Assembly: GCA_034669905.1 (NCBI GenBank) | Contig: JAXMOL010000015.1 | Span: 1-64,000 of the forward strand | Length of the DNA stretch: 64,000 nt | From: Candidatus Hydrogenedentota bacterium | GTDB taxonomy: Bacteria; Hydrogenedentota; Hydrogenedentia; Hydrogenedentales; JAEUWI01 | Direction: 5' to 3' | Shown: positions 41,323 through 51,406 of the stretch, one piece after another | Layout of the letters: every line of letters starts with the position of its first letter | How positions within the stretch are numbered: position 1 is the first letter of the stretch | Position numbers and translations under genes: made by a program | Notes under the pieces: generated by a model | The model's input: only the letters and a program-made list of their open reading frames with translations | What the model was told of the DNA's origin: nothing | Databases searched by the model: none

Positions 41323-41554
41323 TCATAGCGAATGCGGGGACTGCACCGACGTGGACATGTCATGGAACCAGCTCGACGTTGGGGCAAGACAAGAGCACTC
41401 TCCCCACACCGACTGTTGATGACCGTCGGGGCTCTCCCCCTCCCCCCGCACCCCATCTCCCATTTTACTTTCTCCCGGTCGTGATCTATCATGTCCGGAT
41501 TCTCATTTTATGGCAGTCTTCCCCCTTGCGGGGCCTATGGAGAGGCACAACACT

Positions 41555-42856
41555 ATGGGTAAAATCCCCTCGATCAATCGACGTCGCTTTCTGACGCGCA
41601 CGGGCAAGGCCCTGGGCGTGGGCGCGGTATTCTTAACAGGCACCAAATCGGGCCGGGCCAATGCTGCACGGGTTACCCCGTCGGACCAGGTGCGCATTGC
41701 CGTCATTGGCACCGGCGGCATGGGGGGACGCCATGTGGAGGCCCTCGCGGAAAATTCCAATTGCCATATGGTCGCCCTCTGTGACGTGGCCAAGGGCCGC
41801 TACCACAACCGCCTCGACAAAGTAGAGGAAATGACGGGCCGCCGCCCCGAAGGCTTCCAGGACTTTCGCTACGTATTGGACCGCGATGATATTGATGGGG
41901 TCTTTATCGCCACGCCTGACCACTGGCACCCCCTCCTCGCCATCAAGGGCTGCGAAGCGGGCAAAGACGTCTATGTAGAAAAACCCGCCGCCCCCACCGT
42001 CGCCGAAGGGCGCGCCATGGTGGAGGCCGCACGGCGCTATGGCCGGGTCATGCAGTTGGGTACCCAGCAGCGTTCCATGCCCGTCTTCCAAAAAGCCATT
42101 GATATCGTCCGCAGTGGACGCCTCGGTCAGATTACCTCCGCCAGCGCGTGGGTCAATGTGAATGGGTGGGGCGTGGGGCTGAACGAGGAGCCCGTCCCCA
42201 ATGGACTTGATTGGGATCTCTGGCTCGGACCCTCCCCCTATGAGCCCTTTTCCATGGGACGTTATGGCGGCTTCATGGGCCACCACGACTACGCCCGGGG
42301 TGGACAACTCACCAACTGGGGCGTCCACCTCATGGATATCGTGCATTGGGGTATCGGACAGGACAAGCCCCTCAACGTACAGGCCATCGGTACGAGCCCC
42401 CGGGGCGGGGCGGGTAGCCAGAACTTCGAAAGCATCGACAGCATCTGGGAATACCCCGGCGTCAATGTTACGTGGGAACAGCGCCACTCCAACGAGCACG
42501 GCGGCAAGGGCCTGGGCATCATGTTCCAGGGCACCGAAGGCAAACTCATTGTGGACCGGGCCACCTTTAAGGTCTTCCCCGATAGCCTCGGCATCGAAGA
42601 ATTCATCGGCGAACCGGAAAAAAGTTGGGCCAATGCCGATCACCACAATAACTTCTTCGACTGCGTCCGCACGCGGAAAAAGCCCGCAGCCGATATCGAG
42701 CAGGGCGTCCGTTCGACCATACCCGTGCTGCTCGCCGGCATCGCCCTGAAGACCCGCCGCAAACTCAACTGGGACGGCGAAGCCGAACAGTTTATTAACG
42801 ATGACGCCGCCAATCGCTACCTCAGCCGGGCCTATCGTCCGCCCTGGCACCTCTAG
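41555..42856 (+). CDS. Gfo/Idh/MocA oxidoreductase with Tat signal
   Basis: NRRRFL, IGTGGMG, ATPDHWH, DVYVEKP, GTQQRS, WGVHLMD. Confidence 0.94.
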   Translation: MGKIPSINRRRFLTRTGKALGVGAVFLTGTKSGRANAARVTPSDQVRIAVIGTGGMGGRHVEALAENSNCHMVALCDVAKGRYHNRLDKVEEMTGRRPEGFQDFRYVLDRDDIDGVFIATPDHWHPLLAIKGCEAGKDVYVEKPAAPTVAEGRAMVEAARRYGRVMQLGTQQRSMPVFQKAIDIVRSGRLGQITSASAWVNVNGWGVGLNEEPVPNGLDWDLWLGPSPYEPFSMGRYGGFMGHHDYARGGQLTNWGVHLMDIVHWGIGQDKPLNVQAIGTSPRGGAGSQNFESIDSIWEYPGVNVTWEQRHSNEHGGKGLGIMFQGTEGKLIVDRATFKVFPDSLGIEEFIGEPEKSWANADHHNNFFDCVRTRKKPAADIEQGVRSTIPVLLAGIALKTRRKLNWDGEAEQFINDDAANRYLSRAYRPPWHL

Positions 42857-42909
42857 GCCGTCCACTCGAATCCCCTATCCCCTTACTTTGACCATCTGAG
42901 GATGTTTTC

Positions 42910-44985
42910 ATGAACTACCGAATGCTTACGACCCGGCTTGGCGTGGCCGCCGCCTTGCTAGTATGCGGCTCCGTAGCCGTCGCCGAAGCCCCCCGCCCTA
43001 CGCTGGACGAACTCGTCCAGGACCTTCGCGGCGGCGACGAGATAAAACGCAGTCTTGCACGCCAATTTATTCCCCGATATGGCATCGGCACCATGGCGCA
43101 GTTGATTCCCCTCCTTAAGGAGGAGAATGCCTCCATCTCCTGGGCGGCCAACAAGGTCATCCTCGACATTGCCAACGATGTGAGCGTGCCGGGTCGGGAA
43201 GCCGATCGGGCCACCGTGGCGAAACAACTGCTGGACGCCCTGGCCGCCACCGACGTGCAGACGGAGCAGTTCACCCTGCTGCGCATCCTGCCCATTGTCA
43301 TCCCCGAAGGGGCCGACCTTTCCGCCATCGACGCCCTCCTTTATCAGGACCATACCCGGGAGCGTGCACGTCGGGCCCTCCAGGAAAGCGGCACCACGGA
43401 AGCCCGGACCGCCCTTCGCACGGCCCTGCCCAAGGTAGACGCAACCTTTGCATGTGCCCTGATGGATGCCCTGGATAAAACAGGCGACGCAAAGGCTATC
43501 CCCCTGATTGCCCACAAACTGGCCCAGGGAACGCCCGCCGAACAGGCCGCCGCCGCCCGGGCCCTGGCCCCCACCGGTGACCCGGCTTACCGGGAGCCCT
43601 TCCTCGCGCTGGCCCGCACCATCGACATTAACCACCGTTTCGCCGTGGAAGATGCCACCCTACGCCTGGCCGACGCTATGGCAGTCAACGGTGGTGCCTG
43701 GGATGCCAGCATGGCCCTCTTCCGCGCCGTCCTTAAACAGTCCGAGAACCCGGTCATTCAGGGCGGGGCCCTGGCCGGACTCGGCCGTCGGGGCGATGCC
43801 TCGGTGATGGACACGATCCTCGGCACGTGGGCCGGCGACGCATCGGGGCTCCTCGAAGCGCCCGCCATGGCGGCCATCGAGGCGTTGAACGATCCCGCGG
43901 TGCCCGAGCGCCTCATGACGGCCTTTCCCGACCAGTCCCCCGCAATCCAGGAGCGCCTCCTCGGCATCATGGCCCGTACCCAGGACCCGCGCTACCTGCC
44001 CCTGTTTGAAGGAGCCGAATCCCTGTCGCCCGCCCTCCGCATCGATGCCCTGTCCCAGTATCACGTCCCCCAGAGCATCCCGTTGCTGGAAGCCCTCGCG
44101 ACCACGGATGACGACGGGCACGCCGCAAAAGCCGCTGAGGCCATTCGCACCATGGCTACTGCCTTCCGCGATCGGGGAAATCCGCAAGGCACCGGTCGGG
44201 CTTACCTGGCCCTCTATCGCATCGCCACAGATGACGCAGGCCGTGCCGAAGCACTCGAAGGCATCAAAGCCTACCCCGTGGCCGAAGCCTATGATGAATT
44301 GAAGAGCGCCCTCGGAGAAGATGGACTCCTGGAGCTTTCTCCCCAGGTACTCACGGGTATGGCCCGTGTATTGGCCGAGGCACAGCGCGGCGAAGAAGCC
44401 AATCTCCTCAAGACCGCCTTACTGACGCGCGCCACCGATACGGGTACGGTTCAGCAGTTGATTCAGATGGGCCCCGTCTCCGGTAGTGCGGAAGATTTCG
44501 CCCGCCAGCTGGGTTTCATCAACGAATGGCACATCGCCCTGCCCTTTCCGCTGAAGGATGCGCCCACCGATGGCCGCCCCGTGATGCTTGACGGCACCGT
44601 GGATCTCACCGCTTCCTTTGGGGAAGGCGACCAGACGGTTTCCTGGACGCCCACGAAGGGGGCGGGCGCTATGGCGCTCGTCAACTTCCCCCTCCAGGAT
44701 CAGGTCCGCGCCTTCGCCTATGCCACCATCCACGTAGCAGAAGGGCAAGACGCTACCCTGCGCATCGGTAGCGACGATGGGGTCCGCGCCTGGGTCAACG
44801 GTGTCCAGGTTCATGAAAACATTACCGACCGCGGCACCGCCTTGGACAACGACCTCGTCCCTGTAAAACTGCAAGGGGGCGACAACACCATCTTGTTGGA
44901 AATCATCCAGCATGGGGGCGGCTGGAACTTCTGCGCACGCCTCACAACACCAGAAGGCGCGCCGTTGACGTTTGAGCAGAAATAG
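42910..44985 (+). CDS. secreted HEAT-repeat protein with C-terminal PA14-like domain
   Basis: Signal peptide, helical repeats, GSDDGVRAWVNG...GDNTILL. Confidence 0.8.
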   Translation: MNYRMLTTRLGVAAALLVCGSVAVAEAPRPTLDELVQDLRGGDEIKRSLARQFIPRYGIGTMAQLIPLLKEENASISWAANKVILDIANDVSVPGREADRATVAKQLLDALAATDVQTEQFTLLRILPIVIPEGADLSAIDALLYQDHTRERARRALQESGTTEARTALRTALPKVDATFACALMDALDKTGDAKAIPLIAHKLAQGTPAEQAAAARALAPTGDPAYREPFLALARTIDINHRFAVEDATLRLADAMAVNGGAWDASMALFRAVLKQSENPVIQGGALAGLGRRGDASVMDTILGTWAGDASGLLEAPAMAAIEALNDPAVPERLMTAFPDQSPAIQERLLGIMARTQDPRYLPLFEGAESLSPALRIDALSQYHVPQSIPLLEALATTDDDGHAAKAAEAIRTMATAFRDRGNPQGTGRAYLALYRIATDDAGRAEALEGIKAYPVAEAYDELKSALGEDGLLELSPQVLTGMARVLAEAQRGEEANLLKTALLTRATDTGTVQQLIQMGPVSGSAEDFARQLGFINEWHIALPFPLKDAPTDGRPVMLDGTVDLTASFGEGDQTVSWTPTKGAGAMALVNFPLQDQVRAFAYATIHVAEGQDATLRIGSDDGVRAWVNGVQVHENITDRGTALDNDLVPVKLQGGDNTILLEIIQHGGGWNFCARLTTPEGAPLTFEQK

Positions 44986-45025
44986 GCGATGTGCTTTGCG
45001 AGTAGAACAGATCGGCCAAAAACTT

Positions 45026-45288
45026 CCCTTGTGCCGCGCGATCCCGAGGCACGAGGATCGGAGACGCGCTGTGGAGCGTTCGTACGCCCTTTGGAATTTT
45101 CGTGCGCATGGCGCACGTGTGGCGTTGCTGCAGCACGAAAGGCTCGTGCATGCGAGGATTCCCAGATGGTGAACCAGCGCGTACGCCGGGATAACCGCCC
45201 TTGCACGGGGTCGTTTCTCCTAAACGCGCACGAACCCGCCATGGCGCGTCTACGACGCATCCATCGCGGGATCGCGCGGCACGACGGG
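45026..45288. other. long inverted-repeat element (MITE-like or structured ncRNA)
   Basis: Perfect 16-bp IR GTGCCGCGCGATCCCG (45031-45046) / CGGGATCGCGCGGCAC (45267-45282) with nested stems. Confidence 0.65.
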
Positions 45289-45291
45289 TCT

Positions 45292-45750
45292 ATGCTGGTG
45301 ACACCTCATGGTCATGGCCCCATCGCCCCCCGTCTATTCTCTCCCTACCCCAAGAATCCGGTTATCGCCCGCGTATTTAAAGAAATTGGCTGGGCGGACG
45401 AACTAGGTTCTGGCGTACGCAAGCTGTTCCGCTATGGAAAGGCCTTCGGGGGGCACGACCCAGTGCTACTGGAGGGCGACATATTTCGTATCAATCTCCC
45501 TCTCGCGGGCGAAGGATCTGAAGGGTTGGTAGAAGGGTTGGTAGAAGGGTTGGTAGAAGGGTTGGTAGAAAACCAGCAAGCGATTGTCAGACTCATTCGT
45601 AGAAATCCGCGCATTTCTAAAAGGGAGATGGCTGAGCAAGTTGGAATAAGTACGACCGCTATCGACAAAAACATCGAAACCTTGAAAGGGAAAGGTATTG
45701 TGCAGCGAGTGGGGTCTGACAAACATGGCCACTGGGAGGTCTTGCCATGA
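45292..45750 (+). pseudogene. 5'-truncated HATPase_c_4 (RecG-C-like) + HTH regulator fragment
   Basis: PKNPVIARVFKEIGWADELGSGV and C-terminal HTH (LKGKGIVQRVGSDKHGHWEV); the usual N-terminal AlbA/Schlafen half is absent. Confidence 0.7.
45520..45570 (+). repeat. 12-bp tandem repeat (GAAGGGTTGGTA)x4
   Basis: Encodes the EGLV x4 linker. Confidence 0.95.
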
Positions 45751-46133
45751 AGCACAAGGGAGTCTACGCGAGTTCACCCGAGGCAGAAGAGGCCCTACGA
45801 CGCTTCCTGAACCAGTTCGCCCTTCCCGGCAAACGGGCACGCTATCTCGATCTCATTTCCCGTCCCAAATCACGGCGGAAATTCCTCAACACCCTGTCCC
45901 ATGAGCTTGAAAGCCACCTGGACCCCGCCAATCGCGTAGAACAGCTTTCGGCGAAGCAACTGGCCCTGCCCGGTTTTCGTTTTGACCACCACCACGATTT
46001 CGGCGAACCAATTGACACACTGGCGACGGTCTGTACCTCATTCGACGAAGATGTTCTTATCGTATCCACGGATGGAAACGTTGGGATGCACGGGCCGGAC
46101 TATATGGACGGACGAACTTTTTATTGCGCGTAA
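45747..46133 (+). CDS. hypothetical protein
   Basis: 128 aa, GGGAGG RBS, ATGA overlap with the upstream fragment. Confidence 0.7.
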   Translation: MKHKGVYASSPEAEEALRRFLNQFALPGKRARYLDLISRPKSRRKFLNTLSHELESHLDPANRVEQLSAKQLALPGFRFDHHHDFGEPIDTLATVCTSFDEDVLIVSTDGNVGMHGPDYMDGRTFYCA

Positions 46134-46174
46134 TCATTAAATACAGCGTTTGAACAGAAATAGGAAAGCCTATC

Positions 46175-47293
46175 ATGATGACATCCACATTACTTGCTAC
46201 CGCGCTCTGCATTGCGGCTGCCGAACCCTCGGTCCTCTTTGAACGGACCAAAATCGGCAACACCACCTATGAAGCCGCCTCCGTCTTCGACGTGGACAAC
46301 GACGGCCATGTGGACATCGTATCTGGCGGCTTCTGGCATGCCGGGCCGGAATTCACCACGGCCCACAAAATTTGCGACATCCTCCAGGTGGATGATTACT
46401 ACGACGATTTCAGTGATTACCCCATGGACGTGAATGGCGATGGCTATCTGGACATCGTGACGGGTGGTTGGTTTGGGCAGACTCTTTACTGGCGGGAGAA
46501 CCCCAAAGGCCAGCCGGTTGAGTGGACCACCCACACGGTCGCAAAAACCGGCAACATCGAGCGGTGCTCCTTCTTCGACCTGGACGGCGATGGGCACATG
46601 GAAGTCTTTGCCACCACCAGTCCGGTGCACTATTTCCGGTTGGTGCGGGACGAAAACGGCGTGGGGCAGGGCCGCTTTGAGCAATACACCATCCCGGAAA
46701 ACGGCGGCGGACACGGCTTTGGCTGTGGCGACGTGAATGGCGACGGACGGCCCGACCTGATTTTCTCGGGCGGTTGGATGGAAGCCTCTGAAGACCCCTA
46801 CGATGTCCATGGTTGGAAATGGCATCCCGAATTCAATCTCGGCACCGCTTCCGTACCCATCCTCGTCCACGATGTAAACGGCGACGGCAAGAACGACCTC
46901 ATCGTCGGCGGCGCCCACGGCTATGGCCTCTGGTGGTATGAACAGGGCGCGCCGGGCGAATGGACCCAGCACGTCATCGAAACACACCGCAGCCAGTTCC
47001 ATGAGATGCAGCTCGCCGACATGGACAACGACGGTGCCCTGGAGCTCGTCACGGGCAAGCGCTACCGTGCCCACCGGGGCCACGATGCGGGCGGCCATGA
47101 TCCCCTCTTCACGGTCTATTACGATATCGACCCTGCTGGCTTTACGCGCCACACCGTAGACTACGGCCCCGCAGGCCAGGCCAGCGGCATTGGTATCTAT
47201 TGCTGGATCACCGACATCGACGGCAATGACTGGAAAGACATCGTCGCACCGGGTAAGGATGGGCTCTATCTCTTCCGGGGACTGGGGCGCTGA
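46175..47293 (+). CDS. FG-GAP/VCBS repeat beta-propeller protein
   Basis: Seven DxxxDG..DIV/DL-type repeats, signal peptide. Confidence 0.9.
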   Translation: MMTSTLLATALCIAAAEPSVLFERTKIGNTTYEAASVFDVDNDGHVDIVSGGFWHAGPEFTTAHKICDILQVDDYYDDFSDYPMDVNGDGYLDIVTGGWFGQTLYWRENPKGQPVEWTTHTVAKTGNIERCSFFDLDGDGHMEVFATTSPVHYFRLVRDENGVGQGRFEQYTIPENGGGHGFGCGDVNGDGRPDLIFSGGWMEASEDPYDVHGWKWHPEFNLGTASVPILVHDVNGDGKNDLIVGGAHGYGLWWYEQGAPGEWTQHVIETHRSQFHEMQLADMDNDGALELVTGKRYRAHRGHDAGGHDPLFTVYYDIDPAGFTRHTVDYGPAGQASGIGIYCWITDIDGNDWKDIVAPGKDGLYLFRGLGR

Positions 47294-47326
47294 ACTACAG
47301 GACGAGACGGTCGAATCCAACTTTCG

Positions 47327-47361
47327 GGCGGTGTCATCGATGGTGACACCGTCTTTTTTTT
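47327..47361 (+). terminator. intrinsic terminator
   Basis: GGCGGTGTCATC/GGTGACACCGTC + T-run. Confidence 0.75.
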
Positions 47362-47514
47362 GGGCTGATTCTCCATCGGGTATGCTAGGCTCTATGGTAC
47401 ATAAGGGAGCGCAAAAATTTGCGCGCGCGTTACACAAGATTGGCTTCTGACTCGGACAGGCTTGGGAACACCGCCCATCCAGAGTCTACCCGACATTTTT
47501 CCTGGAGTTGGATT

Positions 47515-48330
47515 TTGCAAGACAAATCGCCCAGAGTATCCGAGGCTCCTCCCCTTACATATGACAAGCTCCATCTGGCATTTAACAGGAGCTTAAGTAG
47601 CGCGTTATTCTACGTCGCGACCGGCGTTGCGTTTATGTACGCCGGTCTCTCAATCGGACATGCGCTGACCCTGCCGGCCCATTACCGCATGACCCTGACG
47701 ATCGCCGCTGTTACCGCCATGCTCGTACAGGGCACGATCGCGCTCTACGGTTGGCGGCACCCCTTCCCCCCCCGTTTCGCCCACGCCATCGGCACCCTGA
47801 TTCTTGCCACGCTCATCGTGAACAGCGCCATGCATCTGGGCCTTTCCGGCGAAGAAAAACATGCTTCCAATCTCGCCCTCATCATCGTATCGGCAGGCTG
47901 CTTTCTCCTTTCCCTTGCCTGGTGGTCAGGTGTCGTGGTGAGTTGCATTATTGCCTGGGCCCTGATCAGTGTCGCCTACATCCCGTCTCCAGACTGGATG
48001 CACTACGGCTTTATGCATTTCATCTGCCTGAGCCTCTCGGCCATCGTGATACAGGTGCGCCGCAAGAGCATCGAATCCAATGAACAGTTGCGGCTCGCCG
48101 ATGTGGCACGACTTCAGGAACTGGAAGCGGCACTCCGTGACATCAAGGTGCTGGAAGGCATGATTCCCATCTGCGCGTGGTGCAAGAAAATCCGAGACGA
48201 CGAAGGGTTCTGGAGCGAGGTGGAAAACTACGTCAGTCGTAAGACCAAGGCCACATTCTCCCATGGCCTCTGCCCCACCTGCGAAGAAAAACACTTCAGC
48301 GAGGTCCGCCGAAATCGCAATCGCCCCTGA
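47515..48330 (+). CDS. multi-TM membrane protein with C-terminal ICxxCK...SHGxCxxC domain
   Basis: About six TM helices, coiled coil, IPICAWCKKIRDDEGFW...FSHGLCPTC; TTG start after GGAG (uncertain). Confidence 0.8.
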   Translation: MQDKSPRVSEAPPLTYDKLHLAFNRSLSSALFYVATGVAFMYAGLSIGHALTLPAHYRMTLTIAAVTAMLVQGTIALYGWRHPFPPRFAHAIGTLILATLIVNSAMHLGLSGEEKHASNLALIIVSAGCFLLSLAWWSGVVVSCIIAWALISVAYIPSPDWMHYGFMHFICLSLSAIVIQVRRKSIESNEQLRLADVARLQELEAALRDIKVLEGMIPICAWCKKIRDDEGFWSEVENYVSRKTKATFSHGLCPTCEEKHFSEVRRNRNRP

Positions 48331-48530
48331 TCTGCCGTCTTTCCGAACGCTATTTCCGACGCCCGTCCAGCCTGCCCCCGTCACACCCGCGAGATTGGCG
48401 ACCTTCCGTTTCGGTCGTGACAACCGACCCAAAAAGAAATCCACCCTGTTTTTCGACACACCGTTCCTGCCATGCCCATCTCCCCGTGCTACGATAAGGG
48501 TTCATCAACCCCCACAAGGAGCACCTGATC

Positions 48531-49061
48531 ATGCACGAAGAGCGCCGCACCCATTCCGGAGACAATCCGTCGTACATTGATTCCTTGTTAGCCTACCTCG
48601 GCGACCGCGATCCCCTGGAGTCCTTTGCGGAAACACCGGCGGACCTGCGGAACGCCACATCCGGCCTGTCGGAGACCCAGCTACAGACGCCAGAGGCACC
48701 CGACAAATGGTCGGTACTCAACGTGGTGCAGCACCTGGGGCACTCGGAGCTCGCCGTCGGACTCCGCTACCGCATGGTCCTTTCAGAAGTGGCCCCGCCG
48801 TTACACGCCATGGATCAGGACCACTGGGTAGACGCCCTCTATCCCGATGACGTATCGCTGGCAGAAGCCCTCGAAGACTTTGATGCCCTGCGCGCCGTCA
48901 ACCTGCGGCTGCTGCGACGGGTCACGGGTTCGCAATGGCAACGCCACGGCGTGCACAACGAACGGGGTAAAGAAACCCTCGCCTTTATGGTCCGCCTTTA
49001 CGCCGCCCATGACCGCTATCACCTCCACCAGATTCAGCGGATTCTGGACGCACAGGGGTAG
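48531..49061 (+). CDS. DinB/YfiT family protein
   Basis: KWSVLNVVQHL, GVHNERG, AHDRYHLHQI. Confidence 0.9.
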   Translation: MHEERRTHSGDNPSYIDSLLAYLGDRDPLESFAETPADLRNATSGLSETQLQTPEAPDKWSVLNVVQHLGHSELAVGLRYRMVLSEVAPPLHAMDQDHWVDALYPDDVSLAEALEDFDALRAVNLRLLRRVTGSQWQRHGVHNERGKETLAFMVRLYAAHDRYHLHQIQRILDAQG

Positions 49062-49093
49062 GGCCAAGGGTCTGCGCGCCGAGAGGTGCCGCC

Positions 49094-50770
49094 CTACTCC
49101 CGCTCTAACAACAGCAGTTTCTGCCCCTTACCCAGCCAGGTCGAATAGGGCAGTTCTTCCCGCACCCGGTAGCCAGGCCGCTCATACCACGCAATCGCGT
49201 AGGTGTCGTCCACCACCCACCAGCCGCGGGGACCGGACTCAATAAAGGCGGCCGCTCCGTGGACGTTGATGTAGTGGTGGCTCGTGTACCAGCCGTTGAA
49301 TTCATAGCCACCGTCGATCGATTCAGGGTGGATGTCTGCTTTCATGAGGCCGTCCAGGGCCCGCCATCGGGCCTGGTTCCCGGCGAGATAGTCATGTTGT
49401 GCCGCCACACTGAACCCGTAGAGCGCCAGGAGACACCCCGCCTGGACAACACGCAGCCCCCTACCCGACATCGGAGAGGCACCGGCCAGGAGTACGAGCA
49501 CCGGCACCAGGGCACCGAGGAGATACCGGTCAAAGCGAACGGGAAGTAAGGGGTGGTAGAGGGCCACCACGCTCAACACGGCCCACAGCCCGAGAAAGAG
49601 GGTCCGCCGATGGGCCACCGTCCACGTTACGCCCACGCGCCCCCGAAGCCACACCAGGGCGCTCACGAGCAGCCACGCCGCACCTGCCAGGGCCGGTAGC
49701 GTGAGCAGCCACCATCCGTCCCCCCACGTCAGGGGCGACCAGGCGTTCCCTTCCCCCACGGCCCCCCGAAGGGTCCGGGGACCAAGTCCCACGTCGTAGA
49801 GGATGTTTCCCAGGTAGGGCATCCGACGGGGGGCGTAGGCCATGGCCATCGTCCCCAGAGCCAGCCCCACCACCAGCGTCCAGACCGAACGGCGCTTCCA
49901 GCAGCCCGAATCGTCCCGGAACCACGCCCACGCGGCGGCCACGAGGAGGGGGGTGCTGAACAGGGCCAGGTAGGCCAGGGCCACGGTGTAGAATTTCGCT
50001 CCCCCGTAAAGCTGAAGCCACAGGGTCTCCCCCAGATATTCGGGTATCCAGACATGGCCCAGGGCATCCGCCTGTCGGGGCAACAGGCCGTAAATCCCCA
50101 GGGCCACCAGCCAGGGCCCAACGAGCGCCCCCGCCTGCACGAGCCCTGCGCGATGAAAGCGGAGCGTCCGCCACTGGGGCAGGCACGCCAGCAGAAAGGC
50201 AAGGAGCACCAACGGGGCAAACTGGCGCACGAGAAAGGCCAGGGCCCCAAAACAGGAGCCCCAGAGGAGCCAGCGCACGCCGGGCACCCCCACGGCACGG
50301 ACATAGCCATAACCCGACAGGGCCATCAGGGCCAGAAAGGGTACATCGGTCATAAAGGTATAGCCCAGATTGAGGGCCAGGGGGTTGGCAATGACCAGAC
50401 ATCCCGCCAGCGATGCGGCCCATCGATCGGCCCCAAGGCAACGGGCCATCTGCCCGGTGGTCACGGCGGCGACGGCCCACAATACCAAGGTAGACCAGCG
50501 GAGCACTTCAAAGCTGAAGCCAAGTACCCCGCAAAACAGGGCGCCCCACCCGGCCTGGGCCACCAGGGTCGCCGTGCTGAAGGGATGGCCCCCATAGGAC
50601 CCGGAGGCGAGCCAGTCGAGCACAGCACGGCTGTAGATCCAGTCGTCATTCAGCGGAAATTCCCCGGAAGGGGGCACCAGAAGCAGGGCGACGGCCCACA
50701 GCATCAACGGAGCCAGGACCACGACCCGCCCGTCTTCCCCGGCACCCGATCTGGCCACCGTGGTGCTCAT
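49094..50770 (-). CDS. GT-C fold (GT39/PMT_2-like) membrane glycosyltransferase
   Basis: FPLNDDWIY, FMTDVPFL, VRQF, FDRYLL, IDGGYEFNGW; many TM segments. Confidence 0.85.
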   Translation of the reverse strand: MSTTVARSGAGEDGRVVVLAPLMLWAVALLLVPPSGEFPLNDDWIYSRAVLDWLASGSYGGHPFSTATLVAQAGWGALFCGVLGFSFEVLRWSTLVLWAVAAVTTGQMARCLGADRWAASLAGCLVIANPLALNLGYTFMTDVPFLALMALSGYGYVRAVGVPGVRWLLWGSCFGALAFLVRQFAPLVLLAFLLACLPQWRTLRFHRAGLVQAGALVGPWLVALGIYGLLPRQADALGHVWIPEYLGETLWLQLYGGAKFYTVALAYLALFSTPLLVAAAWAWFRDDSGCWKRRSVWTLVVGLALGTMAMAYAPRRMPYLGNILYDVGLGPRTLRGAVGEGNAWSPLTWGDGWWLLTLPALAGAAWLLVSALVWLRGRVGVTWTVAHRRTLFLGLWAVLSVVALYHPLLPVRFDRYLLGALVPVLVLLAGASPMSGRGLRVVQAGCLLALYGFSVAAQHDYLAGNQARWRALDGLMKADIHPESIDGGYEFNGWYTSHHYINVHGAAAFIESGPRGWWVVDDTYAIAWYERPGYRVREELPYSTWLGKGQKLLLLERE

Positions 50771-51156
50771 CAGGCCTGATTTTTGGTCAGGAAGGCCTCT
50801 ACCCGGTCGCGGTGATCCCCCTGCAGCTCGACTGCGTCGTCTTTATAGACCCCGCCCGTGGCGCAATGCTTGCGCAGGGCCTTCAGGAGGGCATTGCCAT
50901 CGCCGGAAACATTCTTGATGACCGTCACCAACTTACCGGCCGCACGCTTCTCAAAGGAGACGGGCCAGCCCCCTTTGCGGGTCTTGGCCACCCGATAGGG
51001 CAGGGCGGGTGCCTCCACTATCTCTGCGAGGGGCGCCTCCTTGGGCGGGGGCGCATCGGGCAGTTGTTCTTTCAGGCCCCCCAGGGCCCCAAAGGGGGAG
51101 TCGGTCAGGGAATCACGGCCCTGCGAGACGTCAATACGTTTTTTCTTGGCAGCCAT
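50770..51156 (-). CDS. yciH: SUI1 family translation initiation factor
   Basis: EKRAAGKLVTVI, KHCATGG, VELQGDHRD. Confidence 0.88.
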   Translation of the reverse strand: MAAKKKRIDVSQGRDSLTDSPFGALGGLKEQLPDAPPPKEAPLAEIVEAPALPYRVAKTRKGGWPVSFEKRAAGKLVTVIKNVSGDGNALLKALRKHCATGGVYKDDAVELQGDHRDRVEAFLTKNQA

Positions 51157-51406
51157 GGGTACTCCGTTGGGCAAGGTTAGAATGGGACCCTATTGTAAGG
51201 AAAACTACGGAATTTAACAACCCGATGCCCTACAATGACTTAGAAAAATGCATGGTGTCGTTTACTTCTTTCAGAAGTCCAGCCGATGACATTGCGGGTC
51301 GAATCTCCATTGAATGTTCGGCGGCGTGGCACGGTCCGGTTCACCTGGGCCGGGCATGGACTGTACTTTCTACGAATGGTATACTTCAGGAAGAGGAATT
51401 CAGGCT

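Noticed and set aside
44989..45291. N-terminal extension of the 44989-45750 ORF
   Set aside because: It is read-through of the inverted-repeat element; domain similarity begins only near 45292
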